A stretch of 64,000 nt of DNA from Camelus ferus (lineage: Eukaryota): the NCBI RefSeq assembly GCF_009834535.1, contig NC_045696.1, positions 51,214,001 through 51,278,000 of the forward strand. The letters run 5' to 3'. The notes below the pieces were generated by a model. That model saw only the letters and a program-made list of their open reading frames with translations, had not been told where the DNA came from and searched no databases. Shown piece after piece: positions 54,735-64,000 of this stretch; the first letter of the stretch is position 1; the number at the start of each line of letters is the position of its first letter. The translations under genes and the position numbers were made by a program.

Positions 54735-55832
54735 TGAAAGATTTCAGTTTACTTATATGGAGCAGAATATGCCTTTTGTTTATATGACAATGTCTATTAG
54801 GAGATCTCCCTTTCTCCTCTTCTTTGCTGATAATGTTTGTCCAACTCTGAATTCCTTAACGGTAACTACAATATAAATATAAAGGAGCAGTTGCAGAATG
54901 GTGGGTGTGTGGTCAAAGAAATATTTTATTGGGCCCACATAGCAATTTAAAAATTGGACATTTTTATATAAAAACTCAGATATGACAGCCCTGGACCCAC
55001 ATCCCTTCATAGCAACAGTCAGTTGGTACTTAGTAGTAGCTGCCCATTGACTGAGTGTGCGCTCCCCCAGGTCACCAGTCTCCACCGCTGTTACCCACTG
55101 CTGGATGCTTCACTCATTAATTTCCTGCCAAGCATTTACAGACATTTGATTTCTACCCTGGAATCTACTACAATGATTGTATGCTTTTAATCCTTATGTA
55201 CTGTCAGGGCCAGCGCAGCAAAACTGTAAACATGGAATTTGACTTCTGTTTTTCCCCACCCTCAATTTTGAAGACATCCTGCCCCTACTGTTATTCCCTC
55301 CCTCTCAGAGCTATGAACCTGTCAGACCTTCTCATCCTACATTATCAAATCCTCTTCTAAGGCCTATATCTTAGTGTGAATATGCTTTTCTGCCGTTTAA
55401 AACTTAATGGCTCTTTAATTTTGGAATTTAAAAGTTTGGGCAACAGAGGACAGATGAGGATGATTAAAATATTTTTTTAAGGAGGGAAGCATTATACATA
55501 AACCTAGCTCAAATATTATTTGCAGAGATGGAACTTAGCTAGAGATTGTACATGATATATTGCATTGCGTATTTAATTTTAGAACAAACTGATTTGTAAT
55601 ACAGGCCAAATTTGCAGGACCGATACAGGATTTCTTTTTGTAACTTTGTTTTGTATTACTGAGGATATCAGAAGTCAAATGAGGGGGTGCAGGGAATTCA
55701 CCCTAAATCACTTTGTCTTTACAAATAATTTTCGAAGTTTCTTTTCTGGGTTATTTTTTCAAGTAGAATTAAACTTTTACCAGTTATAATCACAGTCTTG
55801 ATTCTAATGTGGCCTTTTTTTGTGATCTGCAG

Positions 55833-55890
55833 GAAAGAAAAAGGAAATTGAGAGCTATAATACCGTCCTTATCGTGGTAATGAGTATTTT
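55833..55890 (+). CDS. GRAMD1C: GRAMD1C exon 15 (58 nt), start of TM helix
   Basis: tctgcag|GA AAG...ATT TT|gtaagt; (G)KKKEIESYNTVLIVVMSI(F). Confidence 0.95.
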
Positions 55891-56546
55891 GTAAGTATTT
55901 GGCTTTTTTGTTTGTTTTTGGAGATCCAAATCTGTAAGTATTTGTTTTGAATGCTTATTACTTGTGCCTTCACTTGTCTTTTAATGGTTTTCAAAGGGAT
56001 TTGAACGTATCTATATTATTGTATAGAGATTGCACTATTTGAACAATTTTGACCTATAAAACCAGTAATTTTATATGCTTTAGTCTGATAGTTTTTGAAT
56101 GATTTTCAGAGTAACTGTTAAAGTTGAGGGAATACCAAATACAGACTCAGTAAATGTTTTTGTTTTTTAAACTAATCTGATTTGTTTCTACCATCATAGG
56201 TTTTTACGGCAAGTTCCCTAAATTTAGAGGCAGTATTTATATATGCAGGCTGGGGAAATCCCAGTAATGCTGTTTTACTCTGTTTAGACCAGAGGTCCTT
56301 ACCCTTTAAGAATCACTTGCTAAAATACATCTTTCTCAGCCCCAATCCTACAGAGTAAGTCAGTAGGTCTCAAGCAGGGATCTGGAATGAGTAGTTATCC
56401 TAAAACACACTGCACAGGTTATTCTGGTGCAAGTGACCCGAGGATCGTACGGCGAGAAATCCTGGGGCAGTGAGTCTGAATCTCTATTGGAGTCTATTCA
56501 GCCAGTCATAGTTAGACTACTGTTATCTCCATGGCTGTACTTGAAT

Positions 56547-56739
56547 GTTTTTTTTTAAATCTTTTTATTTTTAATTTTTTCTTTGTTGTTGTTGTTGCTT
56601 ATTTTTGTTTTTGGGGTTTTTTTTTTGAGGGGGGTGGTAACTAGGTTTACTTACTTATTTTAATTGGAAGTACTGGGATTGAACCCAGGATCTCGTGCAT
56701 GCTAAGCACACACTCCACTGCTGAGCTGTACCCGCTCCA
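56547..56739 (-). mobile_element. Vic-1-like SINE with long tail
   Basis: gtactgggattgaacccagg...ctgagctgtaccc; TSD ctgtacttgaat / ctgtgctcgaat. Confidence 0.85.
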
Positions 56740-57843
56740 CTGTGCTCGAATCATGAGGTAGTCCATCAGATTTGATAGAATTGCTTCTGACTGGGTGATA
56801 CACTCTGTGTATTTTTTGAAATGAAGTTCTTATATCAGCTGTTTTTCCTAATTATTGACTTGAGAACATAAAAAATGTTTGTTGTGTCTTTGAGTTTTAT
56901 AAATGGTTTCCACATTCTGCTTCAGTTGGTTTGCTATGACAGTTTTGAATAGTAAATGTTATCTGTGATGTGTTGTATTACTTTGCTGAAAATTTATAGT
57001 CAGATGTTGAACTGTTGGTCTATATACCATTTCAGTGCCACAGTAATTTCATAGATTTGATTTTCTTGCTACTACCTTGGTTTTCATGTAGGAAATTTCT
57101 TCTTCTGGATGGGCAAAGGTGAATTCTGTGTATTTTTAAGGGGAAGTCAATATTTTAACAGAAAAGATGAGAGATATGATGCCACTTATATATTTGCATG
57201 TGTGTGTAATTAGAGATACATTCATTCAAAATGCTGCTGTGAGAATCAATCGAGTAAGTTCATTTAATACATAACATTCTATATATGACACCGTTAATGT
57301 ATGTTTGGGATTTGACACTTTGTCTAAGTTGAACTAGAAGAAATTTTTGCTGAATGGTGATTTTTATAAAATTTGTTTTGGCTTCCACTGGGAATAAGAG
57401 GTACATCACAATCTACCTAAGATCAAATCCATATTGATCATTTCCTTTCTGAAGTGCAGTATTATGCCTGTGTAATTACTTAAGACAAAAGCACCCAAAA
57501 ATAGATCTTGAAAGCTAACACAGTAGACTTCTCAGCTGGTGGTCACACGTCAGCACTGGCCGGGCTTCCTAGCAGAGAGAAGAGATGTCGCGGTCAATCC
57601 CAGTCTGCTTATTTGAGGACTTCATTGTCACTAATTACCTTCCAGCTTTTCCCTCAACATCCACTTAAAACTGAAAAGTAATTATTTCATAAAAGAAAAT
57701 AGGAATACTTGATTTAAATAATAATAATTGGAAACCAGTATGGATAATACACATTTTTTAAGCTTTTGCATGTATATTCTGTATTAGCAATGCTTTGGGT
57801 CTGAATAAGAACGGATTAATCAGGTCTGATTTGTGCCACGTAG

Positions 57844-57954
57844 TTTGCTGTTGCTGGTTTTATTGAATGTGACGCTGTTTCTGAAGCTGTCAAAGATAGA
57901 ATCCGCTGCTCAGTCCTTTTACCGCCTTCACCTCCAAGAAGAGAAATCTTCAAA
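57844..57954 (+). CDS. GRAMD1C: GRAMD1C exon 16 (111 nt), TM helix and luminal segment
   Basis: cacgtag|T TTG...TCA AA|gtaagt; LLLLVLLNVTLFLKLSKIESAAQSFYRLHLQEEKSS. Confidence 0.95.
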
Positions 57955-58167
57955 GTAAGTCTTTTCTTCCCCCCAACCTCTTATTATTTCAATAATGCCT
58001 TTGCTGCAGAAAACTTAACTCCAGTTTTAGAGGTTTTGGTCTGCCAAACTGTTCTGCAGTCATAAACTTTTTTGTTTTGTCTGCAGACTTATAGGGCACT
58101 GATGATTTCTTGAAATGAAAGACTAGAAGCTATTCCCTCGATTTTTAAGATGGTATTTTTCTTTCAG

Positions 58168-58273
58168 TTTGGCCTCCGATATGGTGTCAAGTACAGAAAA
58201 AATTCGAAAGAGCACAGACCAGGCCCATCATTTAAAAGGAGTGCTCCGGGAGTCCATTGTGATGCTCGAACAG
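58168..58273 (+). CDS. GRAMD1C: GRAMD1C exon 17 (106 nt)
   Basis: ctttcag|T TTG...GAA CAG|gtcggc; (N)LASDMVSSTEKIRKSTDQAHHLKGVLRESIVMLEQ. Confidence 0.94.
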
Positions 58274-59619
58274 GTCGGCAACTCTGGGTACCACAGCACT
58301 TACTGCTCTCATCCCAGTGCGGGTCAGCTGCCCCTCTGGTTGTGATGGAGTGTTTACTATCCCTTTAATTGAAGAAATCCCCCCTCCCAGAGGCAACTGT
58401 CCTTACCAGCTTCTGAATTATGCCTTTTATGTATATAGTCACTTGTCCTTTTTTTTTTTTCACAAAATGGGAGCATACTATACTCATCATTGCATACCCT
58501 CTTTTTTCAATATATTTTGAAGATGTTCCCATATCAGCTTGTGTACATCTACCACATTCTTTTTATTGATCCTTCTATATAAAATTTTATACTTCATATT
58601 AGCTCTTTTTGTAGAAATGGTAGATATTGTATGCACTGCTCATTATTTTGTTTTTATCTATTAATTATGTATCATGGAGAAACTTCCATACCAGCATATA
58701 CAGTGCTTCCTCTTTTAACAGCTGCATAGAATTCAGCTGTGCATGTATGCCAAAATTATTTTACCAGTTCTCCATGAGCATTTAGGTTATTTTGATGTTT
58801 TGCTATACGCTTTATCTCTTGAACATAGTGTCATCAATATATACTGCTTGGTACTATAAACCAAAACTTAGGATTCCCTTTGAAAAATAAAGATTAATAC
58901 TTCCATCATCATATATAACATGCATAGTTTTCAAAATTGAAAAATAGAGAATAGCTGAAGAGAAGAAAACCTACAGTTCTAGTATTCAGACATAATCACT
59001 GTTAAAATTTTGTTTTATTTCCTTCCTTCCTTTTCTTCTATGCATTGGTTTGTTTTTTCGAAGATTCAGTTATTGAGCATACCTTAGGGTACCATGCAGG
59101 GCACCAAAGGTTACAGCTTCAACTCATGCTTTTCAGATGCACAGTTATCTCCTGTTAGCAACTTTCTCCTCCCACTTAGCAGGGAATGGATCATTTTCTC
59201 ATTTTCCCTTTCAGCCTCTCCGCCCCTTTCCCTCTGACTCTTAACTTAATGGCTATGCCACAAGGAGAAAAGAGGCTTCCCCTCTCCTTCTGTAACCAAA
59301 TCTACAAACCTCTGTAACACTGCACCCCTGTCCTATTTTGCGCTCCCGTTAGAGGCACTGCTCTGCCGACCCGGAGGCAAGTCCCAACACTAGTTGGCAG
59401 GAGACTCCATCCATCACCCCTCCCGCTTCCCCATCTTCAGTCTCCCTCATTCAGCTGGATCTTTACCATCCGCACAAGCCCCTGCTCCCTTACCTCCTCC
59501 GTTAGAACACCCATTTTGTCCACGTCCTTCTCTACCCACTCACCCATGTCTGCTCCCTTTCACAGTCAAGCTCCCAGAGCTGCTACTCTGGCTGTCACTG
59601 TTTTATCCTTCAGAACTCA

Positions 59620-61720
59620 TCACTTTTTTAAAGGTTTTGTTTTCGCCAAAATCACTCACTCACATAAAGAGTTAACTTGTCCTACAAGGTTTGTTCAGAA
59701 AAATAGCAACCCCAGTACCCTGGGCTCCATTTCTTTCCCAAAGAACAATCTTCAACTCTTTTGGTTCATTCTCTGGGTGTTCACCTCCGTGTTTATAAAC
59801 AACAAGCATGTATTGATACTTCCTGATTGTTCAGTTTTAGACATTATCTTTTGACGTGCTATTCTGGAAGACCAGGATTTTGTTTTCTTTTACCTCTTCT
59901 TGCTCCCATTTCTAATTCCCCCATCCTCCCAAGGAAGTTAGAGTTTTGGTTAGCTCAGTATTCAGTGTTGGCTTTGTTTTGAGTAAGTTTACTGTTCTGA
60001 GCTGAGCCACAGTATGGGCCATGACTACTTTTTCTTTTCTGTGCTTTTTCTTACCCCTGAAATTGTCTTATTACAGTCGATTCATTTATTATATTATTTA
60101 TAAGTGTTTCATCCCGATGCTCCCCCTCCTCTCATAATCTTCAGTCACTTAGGTGTTCTGTCCATGGAGCCTCTGCCTGGCTCCAGGCAGGCCCTGATGG
60201 CCTCTCTCTGGGTGCACAGCTGGCATCCTGGGGTCCCTGTTTCCTTTATCCCTTGCTTTCTGCTTTCTTGGTTTCCTCCCTCGTTTTCATGGAGCATATC
60301 CTCTAGTAGAAGGAGGGTACGGAGGTAGGTATTTTAAGACTTCATCTGTCTGGAAAGTTTTTATTCTACTCTTCCCCTTGATGAATAGTTTGACAGGGAA
60401 GAGAATTCTAGCTTGGAAATAACATGCCTTCAGAACATGAAAGGCATTGCCCCGTGGCCTTTGGGCTCCCAGTGTTTACTACTGAGAATTCTGAGGCTGC
60501 TCTCATTCCTGATCCTTTCATCTGGGAATTCAGGCCCTTTTGTTCTGGGAAATGCTGAGCTGTATGGCTGATGACTTCCTCCCCCTACTCTCTCTCCCCG
60601 ACTATCTGTAGTGCCTGTAATCAGACATTGGCTTTCTGTTGGACAGGTTGTCTAATCTTACCTCTTCTTTCCAGCTTCCATCTCTTTGTCCTTTTGTTCT
60701 GCTTCCTCAGAGGTTTCCTAACTTAATCTTCAAATTCTTCTATCAAGCATTTCAATTTTTGCAGGCAAGTTTTTAATTTCAAAGAGCTGTTTTCTGAATT
60801 TTCTTTTTTCAACTGGCATTGTGATCTTTTTAAGTGACTATATCTTTCTCTCTGACCATATTACTGATAATTAAAAAAATTTTTTCTTCTTCTTCTTGCA
60901 TACCTGCTTTCCAGCAAGATCCTTTCCCCCTGTTTTGATTTCTATCCTTAGGGCTAGAGGATTTCTTTAGATGACTGTAGTTTTTTATTGTCTGCCTGTG
61001 TGGATTAAAAGTTCCTAACATGTGGGTCAGACTGGTCTACCCTGAACTTCTTGGTAGACCTGGCTGGGCCATTGGTTGAGAAATCCTGATGTCAGTATCT
61101 TTAGGTCTTTCCTCTTGGACTGGTCAGTTTCCACAGAGAAGACTCTTCCAGTCTCCTATCTGAAGGATTAAGGGCTGGCTGCCAGCACTTTAGGAGCCTA
61201 GTGAGAGTAAGGGATGGAGGACAGCAGGGCAAAGGGATGGTCTCAACTTTCAATATACATATTTTTGTATAATCCCCATTTTTGGTACAGTGTCTTTAAA
61301 GATGTCTTGGTGTCCTCCTGGCCAGATAGTCAAAGACCCTCTGTTTTATCCTCTCCAGAAAATAAAATTTTAGGCTTCTGCCCAGGTAGTAGAAGAGGCC
61401 ACATGTCCAGAGGTTCAGCTAGTCCTTCTTATTTCAGTCCCTTTCTCTTTATTCCCACTTTCAGAGACGCCTGTCAATCCCTGGGGCTTTTGAGGATGTC
61501 TCAGGGTAAATTTGGTTGGTTTTCAGCTTTCTGTACTGTTAGCTTAGGATTCAGCAGTTTTCAGGGCTGCTAAGTCACCTGTCTGCTTTCCAGTTTCCAA
61601 AGTTGTGTTACTATTGTTACCTTTTCTGTTTTTCCCGTCCTTGTGGATTTATGCCTTAAAAAAATCCCTTTGCTGTGCTCTTGGTGGGGTTTCAGGAGGG
61701 AGCAAAATTGGATGCATGTA
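59620..61720 (-). mobile_element. Very old L1 (L1ME-like) fragments, antisense
   Basis: gaatagtttgacagggaagagaattctagcttggaaat and ttcctgatcctt motifs; boundaries approximate. Confidence 0.55.
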
Positions 61721-61942
61721 TTTCATCCACTCACTCAGTCTTCAGCCCACTCCTGCCAGGACTTGTTCCCCTATACCTTCTGCTGATACTGCACAAGCTA
61801 AGTTCCCCAGTGACCTCTGGCTTTTAAAGTTAATGTACCTTTTTTTAGTTTTCATCTTACAGTGCCAGCATTTGACAGAGCTGATCATTCCTTTTTTGAA
61901 ATGTATCTAATCTTGCCTTCTTTAGAACTATGGAAAAACCCC

Positions 61943-62235
61943 CAGCTTTATTGTGATATAATTCACATACTATAAATTCACCTTTTAAAGAATTTTTAGT
62001 ATATTCATGAAGTTGTGCAACCATCATCACTATCTAAGTCCAGAGCATTTTTATCACCCCTAAAAGAAACCCTGTATCCATGAGCAGGTCACTCCCATCC
62101 CTCACTCTCTCTGCTCCTGGTGATCACTAATCTACTTTCTCTTTCTGTGGGTTTGCCTATCTGGACATTTCATATAAATAGGACCATATAATATATGGTC
62201 TTTCATGCCTGGCTTCTTTCACTTAGCACGATGTT
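61943..62235 (-). mobile_element. L1MB-like 3' end
   Basis: cagctttattgtgatataattcacatac...ctggacatttcatataaat...ggcttctttcacttagca. Confidence 0.8.
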
Positions 62236-62299
62236 AAATTGCTTTTTGCTGGTTACAGCCATCTCCTCTACCTGACCTTGTCCTGACCCAGTGCTCCAG

Positions 62300-62810
62300 G
62301 CTCTGCCTTAGATTGGTTTCCCTTCTCCTCTGCTGCCCTTTAGGTGATCTCAGCCACTCCCCTAACTTGGAAAACCACATGTGTCAATGGCTCCCAAAGC
62401 ATCTCTCTCACCCTGACCTCTTCCCTGAGCACCAGACTCAGACAGCAGCTTGCCAACTTGGCATCTTTGCTTGGATGCTAACCAGGCATCTCAAACTAAT
62501 CGTATCCAAAACAGAACTCAGTTTTCATCCTGAATCGAGCCCATTTCTCCTCTAGTTGACCTAATCTCAGAAAATGATACTATCACCCTCCAGTTGTTCA
62601 AGTCAAAAACTTAATACAGTGTGTAAAAACACATATACATACGCGATTATTTGCTTTAGTTCTGTTTCCCTCACTAGTCTGCAAGTCCCGTGAAGGCAGA
62701 GACAGTGCCTATTTGGTTCACCGTTGTATATACCCAGTGCTTAGCACGGTGCCCAGCATATCACAGGCAAGCAAAGGATATTTGTTGAATGAATGACTGG
62801 ACGAATGAAC
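62300..62810 (+). mobile_element. L2 fragment
   Basis: cctgacctcttccctgagcaccagactc...ccaaaacagaactc...tatttgttgaatgaatga. Confidence 0.75.
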
Positions 62811-63373
62811 ACAAAAAAAGAATAAGACCTAATTCTTGCTCTCAAGTTGCCTACAGTTTTACTAGAGAAATCAGATACCTATATGTATTGTTAAAGACTG
62901 TTGAACAAGTATAAAATTAAGTGTCAAAGTAAGTAGTAATGCTTTGGGAGGTTAGAGGCAGAACGATTAGGGAAAACTACATGGAAACAGGGGGTACAGT
63001 AAGTTTTAGAGAGGTGAAGACAAACATGAGCCTAAGAACAAATAAAGGAAGGGACGTGGAACTTGAGTTGTTTAGGGGCTAGTGAGGAGACCACTGCAGC
63101 TTCAGAAATCATTTAAGAAAACAAACCCTTCACCGTGGAGAATTTGATGAATAGACCTACTGGGAGGTGGCGCACACAGCAGTACGCTGTAGGAAGACGG
63201 GCAGTGCTAGGGCACGTGGGAGGAACTGCAGCAGTCCTACGACAGATACCCTAAGGAATCAGTCAGTCTTTTGTTTGGGCACCAGTAAAAACAAGGTTCT
63301 ATTAAATGTAAACTCCTGGCATACAAATAATCAAAACATTTCAACAATCTGATTTTGAAAATTATCTTTGCAG

Positions 63374-63454
63374 TTGAAGAGCTCACTCATTATGCTTCAG
63401 AGAACCTTTGAGCTACTAAATAAGAACAAGACTGGCCTGGTTGTCAAAAGCTAG
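63374..63454 (+). CDS. GRAMD1C: GRAMD1C last coding exon with stop codon
   Basis: tttgcag|TTG AAG...AGC TAG, followed by a second stop TGA; LKSSLIMLQRTFELLNKNKTGLVVKS*. Confidence 0.95.
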   Translation: MKSSLIMLQRTFELLNKNKTGLVVKS

Positions 63455-64000
63455 TGATCTTAAGGACTGAAATTGTAGGACCTACCTGGAACCAAAAGAA
63501 AACATCTTGAAGGAAACCAGAGGATGAAGGATTTCAATCGTCATAGGAATATTTCCGTATTTTCTCCTTATTCATATTAATATGAACGTTCTTTTTAATA
63601 ACATTTGAGAATTAGTCTCTGATGGCCTTAAGAAACCATCCTTTCATTATACGTAATTCTAAGCTGTGAATTTCTCCAGTGAAGTGTGAAATATTTGGGG
63701 ATTTGAATTTCTGCGACACAAAAAGAAAAAGAGATTCTGAACTGAGCTGTACGGCCTCGTTTTCACAGTGAGGTTTGAAGTTTGATGCTTTATGTTTATC
63801 TGTTAGCACAGAACCAGTATGCATCCAATAGGCTGCTCTCACAGTTGAGATACATTGGAGAGGATAAAGAAGACAATATAAGAAGAAATCTCTTAAATCA
63901 TTACTAACTTTGAAGGATCAGTTTTCAGGCATATAATGTTCAGAGGTTTGTGTACTGTAAATACTGCAATGTCTTCATTTATGTATCATGCAAATTCAGT
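63455..64000 (+). other. GRAMD1C: GRAMD1C 3' UTR (partial)
   Basis: Follows the stop codon; I saw no AATAAA, so the UTR probably continues past the window. Confidence 0.7.

Noticed and set aside
58150..58368. Supplied 72-aa ORF over exon 17
   Set aside because: It is in a different frame from the true exon, which reads LASDMVSS...VMLEQ.

Overview
Mammalian genomic DNA, probably camelid (inferred from four Vic-1-like tRNA-derived SINEs). The whole window lies inside one + strand gene, GRAMD1C (Aster-C, an ER-plasma membrane cholesterol transporter). I traced 16 GT-AG coding exons, equivalent to human exons 3-18 (numbering from my recollection of the human gene). They encode the GRAM domain, linker, ASTER/VASt domain, transmembrane helix and C-terminal tail, ending at TAG 63452-63454; the true 5' exons lie upstream of the window. 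Splice phases join correctly everywhere except exon 13 (52970-53074), which has one extra base that shifts the frame and creates TGA at the exon 13/14 junction. This is either a recent loss-of-function allele or an assembly error. Intron 6 holds a candidate internal first exon (~28.0-28.3 kb, would give a GRAM-less isoform) and a CpG-rich element with a G-quadruplex motif and an RFX X-box (~21.7-22.7 kb). The other introns contain L1, L2, MIR, LTR and DNA-transposon relics, SINEs with target-site duplications (TSDs), and a tailless U6 retrocopy. Most supplied ORFs are spurious. I found no evidence of a wholly new biological system. Repeat subfamily names are from recognition, not a database search.
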